This document shows, piece after piece, positions 26,759 through 36,458 of a stretch of DNA of 48,937 nt (positions within the stretch are counted from its first letter, which is position 1; every line of letters begins with the position of its first letter). The notes beneath the pieces are model-generated. The model did not search any database and was not told the origin of the DNA. It saw nothing but the letters and a program-made list of their open reading frames with translations. Position numbers and translations under genes: made by a program. Origin of the DNA: Bdellovibrionota bacterium (GTDB taxonomy: Bacteria; Bdellovibrionota_C; UBA2361; OMII01); assembly GCA_044347025.1 (NCBI GenBank), contig JBIIYC010000001.1, positions 1 to 48,937 of the forward strand, read 5' to 3'.

Positions 26759-26904
26759 GATTGCATCCGGTGCTTATTTTTTCGACAGCGCTCGCTGCAG
26801 TACATCACCCGGTCCCAGGTGAGCTTCCATTTCTTTCGCCAAGAAAACGGCTTGTTACACACCGGACACAGCTTTGTCGGTAAATGCGCCTTGAAGCCTT
26901 TCAT
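26755..26904 (-). CDS. DUF2256-like small zinc-ribbon protein (49 aa, below the ORF-track length cut-off)
   Basis: Hand translation of the minus strand from the ATG at 26904 gives [49 protein letters not shown]. It has CPxC...CxxxC zinc-ribbon spacing. Its TGA overlaps the ATG of the Fe-S photolyase gene (ATGA). Confidence 0.75.
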   Translation of the reverse strand: MKGFKAHLPTKLCPVCNKPFSWRKKWKLTWDRVMYCSERCRKNKHRMQS

Positions 26905-27029
26905 GGTGGAAACTATACGCTGGTAAAGCTCTGGGTGAAATACAGTTCATCGATGCTGTAAAAAACGCACCCTATCCCTCCATGCGCGTCAACCAGCATG
27001 TTGCTGCACGAGGGAGCTACGTATGCGCC

Positions 27030-29309
27030 TTAGCGCCGGTTATACTGGGTCTTGTGAGGAGTGGGGCGATGATACCGATGAAGCTCCCTCTCACTCGGCG
27101 GCCTCATGTGACCCCATGCTCGCTTGAGCGCCTCTAAGATAGGCTCTTTTGCCTCCTTGATCAGATCGGAACCCCGAGCCTTTGCTCTGAGCCAGTAAGG
27201 CTCTACAGCGGAAGCCATAGTGATTAAATAGAGCGGCTCGTGATCATACGGCTCCTTGTCGATTGTGATCGGTTCCCCGGCGATAAAGAGGTGCCCAGGG
27301 CGTAAGCCACACTCGCTCGAGAGCTCTCGAAGTTCGCCATCCCCAAAGACGGGTTTGTACTGTCTCTTGTTGCTCTTTGCGTCCCGACCGACATATCGAT
27401 AGAGGCGATTTATGTTACCAGACCAATGGCACTCCTTCAGTTTTTGAAGAAGGAGATCCTTTTCCTCTTTCGGTAGATCAGTTGCTGCCACGGTGCTCGG
27501 ATCGATCAGCAAGCGTTGGAGAAGCTGAGCACGGAGTTCCATTGCGTTGTGAAATCGGTGTAGATCAACCCCCCATCCGGCGAAAGCGTCCGCATTTCCT
27601 CTCTGGAGGACTTGAAAAAGCTGCATCTGAGCAAGTGCGTCAGACTCAAGGTTGTCATCGCAGAAGCGACGCCACCGACTGAGTCCAGCGGCGCCCGGCT
27701 GCTCCCATGAACCAAAACGTGAATCGTCAAATTCTCGAGACACGATTCCCTCGGACTCAATCACCGCAACGAGGTCGATGGTGGGTACGAGGAGCTTTGA
27801 GGCTGCAAGGTTTAATTGCGTTGTAAGACGATACGCCTCGGCGATCGTCTTCATCGAGTTCGGTTCGATCGGGAGGCCAAGGGCGATTGCAGCTGAAGGC
27901 GCAACGTATCCAGATGGACCTAGCAGATTGAGCAGCTGATTCGATTTGACCGCTCTGTGGATGTTGATGAGAGGAGCAGGGTGAAACAATTGGTTGTTCA
28001 GCCGCTCAAAACTGCGACCACTGCTGTGTACTCGTAGCACAAGAGAGTCGAGCGGCTTGAGCTCGGTCTCCGCCGGGGCTTCTTTGCGGCGTAGGTGACG
28101 TGGGCGTCCACCTCCTACGAGGATGAATTCTCCGGGGCCCACACGTCCGGTTCTCCCCTTTTGTTGGGTAATCTCATGTTGTGAGCACTCCTCGATCGCG
28201 AGGTGTCGCTCTCCATCAACGCCTACGCGTTCGCGGCGTACCCATCCTTCGCTCACAACCCGGGTAACCTTTGGTACCGTTACGCTAGCTTGCAGGCAAT
28301 TTGTCGCGAGCAACGCTCCATTGCCTTTGTCGAAAGCATCCAGGGCAGCTCTTTGGTGTTTGTGCGGAAGCTCACTGTGAAAAGGGATCGGACGAATGTG
28401 TGGCTTCATTGATTGAAGGGCATCCGCGACCTTCCCAATACGGCCCTTCCCCCACAGGAACGCGAGCGTTCCACCTTCGAGGTTGCTCGCTACTGACCGA
28501 TTCGATCCAGGATCTATCTCACGGATATCGTAGTGTTTTACCGGGATATCAATTACGGCTACCGATCTACCATCATTTCCGAGGTAGCTCGCGAGCTTAT
28601 GGCTCTCAAGCGTTGCTGTGGCGATCACAATTTTGATGTCGTCGCCACGTTGCATAGCTTCGCGTAGGAGTACCAAGAGCACCTCCCAGTTGGCGGTGAA
28701 CTCATGCGCCTCGTCGAGGATATAGACGCGCTTACCTTGTTCGCGCTTTTTGAGCTCTCGCTCAAGTTGGTAGCCCTCGGTGGTAAAGATGACTTCGCAA
28801 TCGTTCGACACCTCTTGTTTGAGACCGTGTCGGTATCCGATCCGCTCGCCCACACTCGTTCCATCGAGGTGTGCCACTCGCTCAGCTACTTGTACGCAGG
28901 GCACGCGGCGTGGGTTCGTGACGATGATCTGATCGTACCCTGCTTCCAGCAGAAACAGGGGAAGCATAGTAGTTTTGCCGGTTCCCGTTGGTGCAACCAG
29001 GATTGTGTAAGGGTTCTCGTTAATAGTCCGTACTATCTGCTCCTTGTACGGAATAATTGGTAACTGCGGTGTCTGGTGTGTGGTTGGTGACTCGGAGATG
29101 GGGGCTTGGGACGTCTTTGCCCGGGCGTGGGCTCTGGTGGCACTGAGCGCGTGGTGCTGAGCGAGATACCCCTGCCGTCTGCCCCGTGCTGGCGGGCCGT
29201 CGAATTCGAGCGTGTGCTGGCTTTTGTTGAACTGGGCTCCTCGGGAGAGTCCGTGATTGACAGCGGTGAAATGACGAGCCCTCCCCCCGGGGGTACTCAT
29301 GATGCCCAT
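27030..29309 (-). CDS. DEAH-box (HrpA/HrpB-like, SF2) ATP-dependent helicase with an unrecognised C-terminal region
   Basis: 759 aa. Motif I is VAPTGTGKTT, motif II is ILDEAHEF, motif III-like is IATATL, and motif VI is QQKGRTGRVGPG. About 85 aa at the N-terminus are basic and disordered. About 330 aa at the C-terminus carry no motif I can name. Confidence 0.8.
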   Translation of the reverse strand: MGIMSTPGGRARHFTAVNHGLSRGAQFNKSQHTLEFDGPPARGRRQGYLAQHHALSATRAHARAKTSQAPISESPTTHQTPQLPIIPYKEQIVRTINENPYTILVAPTGTGKTTMLPLFLLEAGYDQIIVTNPRRVPCVQVAERVAHLDGTSVGERIGYRHGLKQEVSNDCEVIFTTEGYQLERELKKREQGKRVYILDEAHEFTANWEVLLVLLREAMQRGDDIKIVIATATLESHKLASYLGNDGRSVAVIDIPVKHYDIREIDPGSNRSVASNLEGGTLAFLWGKGRIGKVADALQSMKPHIRPIPFHSELPHKHQRAALDAFDKGNGALLATNCLQASVTVPKVTRVVSEGWVRRERVGVDGERHLAIEECSQHEITQQKGRTGRVGPGEFILVGGGRPRHLRRKEAPAETELKPLDSLVLRVHSSGRSFERLNNQLFHPAPLINIHRAVKSNQLLNLLGPSGYVAPSAAIALGLPIEPNSMKTIAEAYRLTTQLNLAASKLLVPTIDLVAVIESEGIVSREFDDSRFGSWEQPGAAGLSRWRRFCDDNLESDALAQMQLFQVLQRGNADAFAGWGVDLHRFHNAMELRAQLLQRLLIDPSTVAATDLPKEEKDLLLQKLKECHWSGNINRLYRYVGRDAKSNKRQYKPVFGDGELRELSSECGLRPGHLFIAGEPITIDKEPYDHEPLYLITMASAVEPYWLRAKARGSDLIKEAKEPILEALKRAWGHMRPPSERELHRYHRPTPHKTQYNRR

Positions 29310-29573
29310 ACTTAACGCCCTTATTTCAATGGGTTACGCCAGTGCGAGTCGGCTTTTCGAGAAAAATAGACTCGCGTTTGGTAATTTGTTGTATCGAAGG
29401 GCCTGTCATTAAACAAGTGCAAAGTGCGCTCTGTGGGAAATAACCGTCGGGGTAATGCTGCCATGGTTGGATGTGATACGGATGGTAGTCAAAGGTTCTG
29501 TCCTGCTCGTAGCCAGTGACCGGTGAATCGGGTACTCTGTGACGTTTTACAGCGAAGTAGTTAGTGGGCGGGT

Positions 29574-31418
29574 ATGTTACAGGTCAGCAATCTAGAGAAG
29601 CATTTTGGCGAGCGAGTACTCTTTTCTAAGGCCACTCTCACCGTTGCCCCAGGCGAACGAGTTGCACTCTTCGGCAGGAATGGTTCGGGTAAATCGACTT
29701 TACTAAAAATTATCGCGGGCGAGGAAACGGCCGATGATGGGGAGATCAGTACTCCGCGAGGATACAAAATCGGATATTTAAAGCAGCACCTTTCGTTCAC
29801 GAAGAGTACGGTGCTTGAGGAAGTGTGTTCAGTGCTTCCCGGGGATCCTGTTGCGGAGCAGTACAAAGCGGAAATCGTTTTAGAGGGACTTGGCTTTTCA
29901 GAGGCGGAGCTGCAGCTTGCCCCGACGGCGCTATCGGGAGGCTTTCAGATCCGGATAAATCTCGCCAAATTGATTATCTCGGAGCCAAATCTACTCCTTC
30001 TCGATGAGCCAACCAATTACCTGGATATCGTGTCCCTGCGGTGGCTTGAGGAGTATTTGCAGACATGGCCAGGAGAGATGATTGTTATCTCGCATGATCG
30101 TTATTTCTGCGATCAGGTGAGCACCCACAGCGCGCTTCTGTATCGAGCTGGATTCCGAAAAATCGAGGGAGACTCTCAGAAGCTTTTTGAGAGGATTGAA
30201 GCCGACGAGGCGCTTCATGAGCGGACGCGAGAGAACCGCGAGAAAGAGATTAAACGCATGGAGGCCTTCATTAACCGCTTCAAAGCGCAAGCAAGTAAGG
30301 CGAGTGTGGTGCAGTCACGCGTTAAAGCATTGGCCCGCATTGAGCGCTTAGATGAATTGTCGAGCGAGTCAACGCTGGATTTCTCGTTTGTGTATGCACC
30401 CTTTCCAGGGCGCTTTCCGGTAGAGGTCAAAGATCTCTCCTTCGGCTTCGATTCGACCAAGACACCGCTCGTTGATGGCCTCTCCTTCGCGATTAAAAAG
30501 GACGACAGAATTGGCATCATCGGAAAGAACGGGCGCGGAAAGTCGACTCTTTTGAAACTCCTGGCGGGCGAACTGCAGCCCAAAAGGGGTGACGTCGTGA
30601 CCAGTCCGAATACGACCATGTCGTTCTTCGCGCAAACGAATACGAATCGACTTCAGAACTCCAACACAATCGAGACTGAGATCCAGCAGGTTAACCCCAA
30701 GTTGGGGCGAACTGCTGTGCGAGCTATCTGCGGTTGTATGATGTTCGAAGGGGATGATGCCCTCAAAAAGATTGCGGTACTCTCGGGAGGTGAGCGTAGT
30801 CGAGTGCTGCTTGGGAAGATCTTGGCGACTCCCAGTAATGTTCTTTTGCTTGATGAGCCAACGAACCACTTGGATGTTGAGTCAGTCATGGCCCTCACCG
30901 ATGCGCTGGAAGAGTTCGAGGGCGCAATCGCCATCGTTACGCACAGTGAGGAGATTCTGCGTCGTGTGGCGAAGAGACTGATTGTGTTTCAGGGTGATGC
31001 ACCATTTGTGTTCGAGGGAACCTACGACGAGTTTCTTGACGCTATTGGTTGGGAAGGCGAAGAAAACTCTGTGCGTAAACAGAACAAGAAGAAGAATAAG
31101 CCCTCCGGATCCAAGGATCAGAAGCGAGAGAAGGCAGAGCTTGTGCAGGAGAAATCCCGAGCATTGACTCCCGCGCGCAAAGAGGTCGAAGACCTTGAGA
31201 AGGTCGTGGCTGCGCTAGAGAAGAAGATTGCGAAGGCTCAGGAGGATCTCGCTCGTGCTTCAGCTGCTCAGGAATCAGCACAGATCCAGAGCGCCTCGTT
31301 GCAGCTTGCGGCAGCCGAAAAAGAGCTGGAAATGAATCTGGCTCGTTGGGAGGAAGCCGCAAAGAGAGTTGCCGATCTTGAAAAAGTGTATGCAGAGCGA
31401 GTAGGCCACGATGCGTAA
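29574..31418 (+). CDS. ABC-F family ATPase (translation-factor-type, Uup/YheS-like) with a C-terminal coiled coil
   Basis: 614 aa. Two ABC cassettes (GRNGSGKST...LSGGFQ...LLLDEPTN and GKNGRGKST...LSGGERSRV...LLLDEPTN) are joined by a linker, with no transmembrane domain. The C-terminal tail is Lys/Glu-rich. Confidence 0.9.
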   Translation: MLQVSNLEKHFGERVLFSKATLTVAPGERVALFGRNGSGKSTLLKIIAGEETADDGEISTPRGYKIGYLKQHLSFTKSTVLEEVCSVLPGDPVAEQYKAEIVLEGLGFSEAELQLAPTALSGGFQIRINLAKLIISEPNLLLLDEPTNYLDIVSLRWLEEYLQTWPGEMIVISHDRYFCDQVSTHSALLYRAGFRKIEGDSQKLFERIEADEALHERTRENREKEIKRMEAFINRFKAQASKASVVQSRVKALARIERLDELSSESTLDFSFVYAPFPGRFPVEVKDLSFGFDSTKTPLVDGLSFAIKKDDRIGIIGKNGRGKSTLLKLLAGELQPKRGDVVTSPNTTMSFFAQTNTNRLQNSNTIETEIQQVNPKLGRTAVRAICGCMMFEGDDALKKIAVLSGGERSRVLLGKILATPSNVLLLDEPTNHLDVESVMALTDALEEFEGAIAIVTHSEEILRRVAKRLIVFQGDAPFVFEGTYDEFLDAIGWEGEENSVRKQNKKKNKPSGSKDQKREKAELVQEKSRALTPARKEVEDLEKVVAALEKKIAKAQEDLARASAAQESAQIQSASLQLAAAEKELEMNLARWEEAAKRVADLEKVYAERVGHDA

Positions 31419-31475
31419 GGTCGGATGAGTGGCATCACTCGGCGAAGGCTTCCGGCGTTCGGGCAGGGAGAATAC

Positions 31476-32030
31476 ATGAAACGAAGACTACTTCTTACCG
31501 TTTTTTCAATGCTCGTTGGATGTTCAACAGAGGACCAGGTGGAGCCTCTGCAGAGGGTACCGACTCCATCACATATATCCTACAGCCTCATCATGAGCCG
31601 CACATCGCTTAGCGCGACTGAATTTGAGCAGTATAAGCTTCTTCCGGCCGGACTCTTCGTCGAGTGTGGAACGATCCAGCGGGGGCGTTTCGACACCCGG
31701 CAGCAGGCGATTGAGCGGCTGTCGCCGGAGAAAATCCAGAAGTCCAAGGAACTAGCGCGCTCGGTCTTTGAAAAGCTGACGTCCGCCGATCCAACCGCGT
31801 TCGATACCCCTGGTGGTAACTCCTCCATGATAGACCCCGGTACGTATACCGTGCGGATTCACGTTGGCGACCAAAACGTCGAAGCTAAGACGTCCTACGA
31901 TTTTGTTCAGCAAGGACGAACGGTTACCGCATTAGAGCTAAAGCGCCTTACCGAGGTGGTGCGCGCGTTGCCCGCCCAGGCTCCCTGTGGAAACGAGGAC
32001 TTTTATGGGATAGCTCGACAAGCTCAGTAG
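31476..32030 (+). CDS. Lipoprotein, function unknown
   Basis: The ATG at 31476 is preceded by GGGAG. Signal peptide and lipobox: MKRRLLLTVFSMLVG|C. Confidence 0.6.
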   Translation: MKRRLLLTVFSMLVGCSTEDQVEPLQRVPTPSHISYSLIMSRTSLSATEFEQYKLLPAGLFVECGTIQRGRFDTRQQAIERLSPEKIQKSKELARSVFEKLTSADPTAFDTPGGNSSMIDPGTYTVRIHVGDQNVEAKTSYDFVQQGRTVTALELKRLTEVVRALPAQAPCGNEDFYGIARQAQ

Positions 32031-32184
32031 GGGAACTTTGTCGCGCCTAAAAACTTCGTAGAATCCGACATTCTCGGTCTTTTTCGCGGAATCGTCTGCG
32101 TACGTTGCGCCATCTTGATTTGTACGAGGACTGTTCGATCTCAGCCGGTTTTTAACTCCTGATTGGGTTACCTAGGTTATACTA

Positions 32185-32934
32185 ATGTCGAAGCGTCACG
32201 ACTCCCAGCGCCCGTGGCAATCCTTTTTGGTCATCCTTCTCTTAGTATCCCTGAATGCGTGTTCGATAAAGATTCAGCCGCGCAACGCCACCTTCGATAA
32301 GATCTCGGGCAGGGGGCCTCTAATCCTTGTCCTGAACGATGAAACTCAACCGACACAGCAGTTCCTGGCTGAGCACCTGAGCGGCAGCGAGTCCCTTCGC
32401 CTTTTGGTAAAAGAGCATGGGATGCCTGAGGGAATAAGTGTCGAGCGCGAGTTTCTCCAAACGACGATTCTCAGACTCTTCTATCCAAAATACGGGGAGG
32501 TCTATGTGTGTGCCCGACAAGAGGGGGCATGGGTTTTGGTCGGCATAGAGCCGCTCTCGGCTGCTGATGCTGAATCTCTCCGGCGGCAGCAATCCAAAGC
32601 TGCTCCCGTCGTCGCGGACTTGGGAGGGCAGCCTACGGTTGCGGCACCGGTGGCATACCACCCAGATGTGCGAGGACAGCTCAGGCCACCAGGGGTGGCT
32701 GGGGTGGCACGCTTAGAGTCGAGTCGATCGGGGTACGTACATCACGTGACGTTCGCCGGCGAGACCATGGAGGCCCTTGCAGACTGGTATACCGAAGATG
32801 CGCAGAACGCTATTCGGCTAGCTAAGGCGAGTCGTCTTTCTCCGGGGCAGGTATTGCGAATCGGCGATGCCGTTTCCATTCCAAGGGCGCTTATGCGGAA
32901 TCGTGATCCGTTTCCTGAAGCGATGGTGCCCTAG
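32185..32934 (+). CDS. Lipoprotein with a C-terminal LysM domain
   Basis: Lipobox LVSLNA|C. The C-terminal segment YVHHVTFAGETMEALADWYTEDAQNAIRLAKASRLSPGQVLRIGDAVSIP fits LysM. Its TAG stop lies inside the CTAG flank of repeat copy 3. Confidence 0.7.
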   Translation: MSKRHDSQRPWQSFLVILLLVSLNACSIKIQPRNATFDKISGRGPLILVLNDETQPTQQFLAEHLSGSESLRLLVKEHGMPEGISVEREFLQTTILRLFYPKYGEVYVCARQEGAWVLVGIEPLSAADAESLRRQQSKAAPVVADLGGQPTVAAPVAYHPDVRGQLRPPGVAGVARLESSRSGYVHHVTFAGETMEALADWYTEDAQNAIRLAKASRLSPGQVLRIGDAVSIPRALMRNRDPFPEAMVP

Positions 32935-33147
32935 CAGGGGAGTGAAAAAAGACCTCCCGTTGCACATTTCGATACTTTGACTTCCTCCTACGCCAAGGCG
33001 TCGGCGGACAAGGACTTCGTTCGAGCCGCCGAAAAAATCCCCAACGTATCTCAGAGTATCCGCCTCCGGTTTTTTCGTCGTATCCGCCTTGTTTTGTCAA
33101 AACTCTGAAAATGCTGATTACAGAACCTTTTCTCACCGCCCTGCTAG
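32931..33147 (-). repeat. MITE-like near-palindromic repeat, copy 3 (inverted orientation, longest intact copy)
   Basis: The reverse complement aligns end to end with the copies at 3285 and 20463. Both flanks are CTAG. Relative to copy 2 it carries an extra insert of about 30 nt (CCTTGTCCGCCGACGCCTTGGCGTAGGAGGAAG in element orientation). Confidence 0.85.
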
Positions 33148-33383
33148 GGACGCACGGCAAAACCTACTAGAGTCATTACTCTAGAACTCACACCGGGAAC
33201 GTCAACGTGCTCGTAAACGTACCCCCAAATATCGGATTTTTCGCTTCGGCTACATTTACGGGCACGTTCACGAGGCGGAATAGGCGGTTTTGCCTCGCCT
33301 CTCGAGCGACCAGTATCCGCTCTTCGGAGGGTTCCAATTGCCGGCTCTACCGGGTACCATCACCTCCGGGAGGAGCTACGCAC

Positions 33384-34871
33384 ATGCTTCAAAGCGCACA
33401 TGAATATAGGGCCAGCGCCCGACAGATATCGATCTACAACTCATTGGGTGGCGGTAAGGTCCTGCTCGATCCGATTGACCCGAGCCCTAACAGTCCAGAG
33501 CTGAAGATGTACGTGTGCGGATTAACTCCGCAGGACCACTCGCATGTGGGGCACGGACTTACTGTTATGCGGTTCGACATCATCCGCCGCTACCTTTCGT
33601 ACCGACGACTCTCGGTCAACTACATTCAGAACGTCACCGATATCGATGACAAGATTATCACGAAGGTGTTGAGTCTCGGGGTCGATCCGATAGCGATGAC
33701 TCGCGAGTATACTGATGAGTTCTATCGGTGTGCGGAGCGCCTTCACGTAGCGCCGGTTAGTAAGTTGACCCGTGTCACCGAGTATGTTCCGCAGATCATC
33801 ACGTTTATCGAGGAGCTGATTCGAAAGGGATTCGCATATGCCACTCCCGAGGGGAGTGTGTATTTCGACGTTAACAAGAAGGATGATTACGGCAAGCTCT
33901 CAAACCAAAACACGAGCATGTTGTATGAAAGTGTGCGCAAAGAACTCGACAAAGAGAAGCGCTCACCTCTCGATTTCGCATTGTGGAAGCGCGATGATAG
34001 CACGGCCCTCTCAAGCCCGTCTCCATGGGGCGTTGGACGTCCTGGGTGGCATATTGAGTGCTCTGTTATGATTCATGAAACGTTGGGTGATCGCATCGAC
34101 ATCCATGGAGGGGCGATCGACCTCAAGTTCCCACACCACGAAAATGAGATCGCGCAATCCGAGGCGTTTTCGGGATGTGGTTTCGCCACCATCTGGATGC
34201 ATTCGGGCTTGCTGAACATCGACGGCCAGAAAATGTCAAAGTCGCTTAATAATTTTCTGCGACTCGTGGATGGTATCGAACGTTTCGGAGTTGCGCCTCT
34301 GCGTTTTGCTGTAGCTCGACATCATTACCGCTCAAGTATCGATCTGACCGATGCGTTGTTTCGTGAGAATCTGAATTCACTCCTTGAGTTTCATAGACTT
34401 TTTGAAAGGGTTCCAAGTGGTGCAGAGCCTCTTGTGGTTGCCGAGTTTGGTGTCGAGGACAAAACCCTCGTTGAGGCCTTTGAGGCGGCTATGGATAACG
34501 ATTTTAATTCGCCAGAGGCGCTGGTGGCTCTTGAACAGGCGAGAGCGCGAGTCGTTCGTGAACTCGATGGTGGACAGTCGGTGACGGACTCCGTGCGACG
34601 CCACGTTCAACTCATCCGCGAACTAGGTTGGATTCTTGGCGTATTCTTTGATGATATCGCTGCGGTTGAGATGGAGGGTCTTACACTTGCTGCTCGAGTG
34701 GCCGGAGCGGAGCCTCTTTCGGTTGAGCGAGTTAACGCGATCGTCGCGGAGCGTCGCGAAGCGCGAGACAGAAAAGACTTTGCTCGCTCAGATGAACTCC
34801 GCAAGGTGCTTAATCATCATGGCGTAGACGTGCTCGACTCCAAGAGTGGAACATCGTGGCGATTTGCGTAA
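33384..34871 (+). CDS. cysS: Cysteine--tRNA ligase
   Basis: HIGH-type motif (HVGHG) after MYVCGLTPQD, the KMSKS motif (QKMSKSLNN), and the Zn/Cys-binding context WHIECS. The ATG at 33384 is preceded by GGGAGGAG. The upstream ORF extension to 33207 is unlikely to be coding. Confidence 0.95.
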   Translation: MLQSAHEYRASARQISIYNSLGGGKVLLDPIDPSPNSPELKMYVCGLTPQDHSHVGHGLTVMRFDIIRRYLSYRRLSVNYIQNVTDIDDKIITKVLSLGVDPIAMTREYTDEFYRCAERLHVAPVSKLTRVTEYVPQIITFIEELIRKGFAYATPEGSVYFDVNKKDDYGKLSNQNTSMLYESVRKELDKEKRSPLDFALWKRDDSTALSSPSPWGVGRPGWHIECSVMIHETLGDRIDIHGGAIDLKFPHHENEIAQSEAFSGCGFATIWMHSGLLNIDGQKMSKSLNNFLRLVDGIERFGVAPLRFAVARHHYRSSIDLTDALFRENLNSLLEFHRLFERVPSGAEPLVVAEFGVEDKTLVEAFEAAMDNDFNSPEALVALEQARARVVRELDGGQSVTDSVRRHVQLIRELGWILGVFFDDIAAVEMEGLTLAARVAGAEPLSVERVNAIVAERREARDRKDFARSDELRKVLNHHGVDVLDSKSGTSWRFA

Positions 34872-34901
34872 ACACTACTCGACTATCGTTAGGCGCATAT
34901 C

Positions 34902-36029
34902 ATGAGTGAGAGCTTGTCTCGTCGACCGCTTCGAATCGCGCTCCTCGGTACTCGCGGGTTGCCGGCTCGTTATGGTGGGTTTGAGACCTTCGCTGAGCAG
35001 TTGTCGACCCGATTGGTCGCGCGGGGGCATCATGTGACGGTGTATGGGCGGTGTCGGTTCTTGAGTCGGTGGGGGGCACGCCCGGCGATCGACGGCGTAG
35101 AGCGACGCGACACTCCCACGATCTTTCACAAGTATCTTGAAACTCCGCTTCATGCGTTTACCTCGTTTCTCGACATGCTGTTCCGACGAGTCGATGCGAT
35201 CATTGTGTGTAACGCTGCCAACAGTCCGTTCGCACCGTTGTTGCTGATGAAGAGAAAACCGCTCCTTATTAATGTGGACGGCATCGAGCGAAATCGGGCG
35301 AAATGGAATGCTTTGGGCAAGGCGTGGTATCGCCTTGGGGAGTGGTGTTCAGTGCGATTTGCCACTCGTGTAGTGTCTGACGCCGAAGTCATCGCTGATT
35401 ATTATCGAGATGCCTACGGCATCGATTCGACGGTGATACCGTACGGGGTGCATCCGGTGCGCAGGCAACCCGGAGAAGCTCTGCGGGCTTTTGGGCTTAC
35501 TTCCAAGAGATATATCCTGTACGTGAGCCGTTTAGAGCCTGAGAACAATGCGCTTGGTGTTATCCAGGCGTACAACCGTCTTCAGACGGATCTGCCGTTG
35601 GTGATAGTTGGAGATGCGCCATACGCAACGGAGTACAAGAAATTGCTGCGAGAGACAGCAAATAGTCGGGTTGTATTTACCGGGTTTCAGTTCGGCGAGG
35701 CGTATCAAGAGTTTCAGAGCAACTGCTATCTCTACGTGCAAGCCACGGAAGTAGGCGGTACGCATCCAGCTCTGATTGAATCGATGTCGTACGGGAATTG
35801 CGTGGTGGTCAACGGCACCCCTGAGAACGTAGAGGTAATCGGTGATGCCGGTGTCGCATTTGAAAAAAATCGATTTGATCAGTTAGCAGAGATACTCCAA
35901 AGCCTACTGGATGATCCCTCTCGGGTCTCCGCGCTTGGAGCGAAAGCCGAGAGTCGAGTGATGAAGAGCTACTCGTGGGATAGTGTAGTTGCGAAATACG
36001 AAGAGTTGCTCAGCGAACTTTCGCGGTGA
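34902..36029 (+). CDS. GT4-family glycosyltransferase with a DUF1972-type N-terminus
   Basis: IALLGTRGLPARYGGFETFAEQLSTRLVARGHHVTVY is the typical DUF1972 N-terminal domain. The C-terminal part shows a GT-B Glycos_transf_1 pattern (...VQATEVGGTHPALIESMSYGNCVV). Confidence 0.85.
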   Translation: MSESLSRRPLRIALLGTRGLPARYGGFETFAEQLSTRLVARGHHVTVYGRCRFLSRWGARPAIDGVERRDTPTIFHKYLETPLHAFTSFLDMLFRRVDAIIVCNAANSPFAPLLLMKRKPLLINVDGIERNRAKWNALGKAWYRLGEWCSVRFATRVVSDAEVIADYYRDAYGIDSTVIPYGVHPVRRQPGEALRAFGLTSKRYILYVSRLEPENNALGVIQAYNRLQTDLPLVIVGDAPYATEYKKLLRETANSRVVFTGFQFGEAYQEFQSNCYLYVQATEVGGTHPALIESMSYGNCVVVNGTPENVEVIGDAGVAFEKNRFDQLAEILQSLLDDPSRVSALGAKAESRVMKSYSWDSVVAKYEELLSELSR

Positions 36030-36071
36030 TTGCCTTGCTACCGGGATGAGGAAATAGCTTCTCCGACAGTG

Positions 36072-36458
36072 TTAGTGTCCGGGGTGACGAGATTTGGCCG
36101 TCGCGCGCTGTAGTTGCGTTTCAAGACTCTCATGCTCAGGGTCAACCTCGCGTTCTTCAAGAGAGGCCGCCATCTTTCGAACCTGGTCTAGCTCCTCAAG
36201 GTAGGGAGTGAGAACGGCTTGGGTCTGTTGACGCGCTCCTAAGAGCTCCTGGCGTAAGGATGCGATTGTTTCATCGTCTTTCGAGAGGGAGAGCGTCAGC
36301 CTTCGGGCTCGCTCCTTCTGGTTTCGCACAGTAGTGGCGTGGCTAACTGTCTTGTGGGTGAGGCGATAGAGGCCGAGACCGGCAAGAAATAGCAGCGCCA
36401 AGTCCACTGCCAGATTACCACTGACCAAAGAGGTCGAAAGAATGTCAGAGAGTTGCAT
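36072..36458 (-). CDS. Small membrane-anchored coiled-coil protein, function unknown
   Basis: 128 aa with one N-terminal hydrophobic helix (LAVDLALLFLAGLGLY) followed by a heptad-like charged region. It is the only minus-strand ORF inside the glycan cluster. Confidence 0.45.
   Translation of the reverse strand: MQLSDILSTSLVSGNLAVDLALLFLAGLGLYRLTHKTVSHATTVRNQKERARRLTLSLSKDDETIASLRQELLGARQQTQAVLTPYLEELDQVRKMAASLEEREVDPEHESLETQLQRATAKSRHPGH

Noticed and set aside
33148-33383. Possible T-box or other leader upstream of cysS (about 236-nt 5' region, GGTACC-containing segment)
   Set aside because: I could not find the conserved T-box sequence, a specifier-loop arrangement, or a terminator/antiterminator pair. 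Part of the spacer is explained by the repeat element and a small CTAG hairpin.
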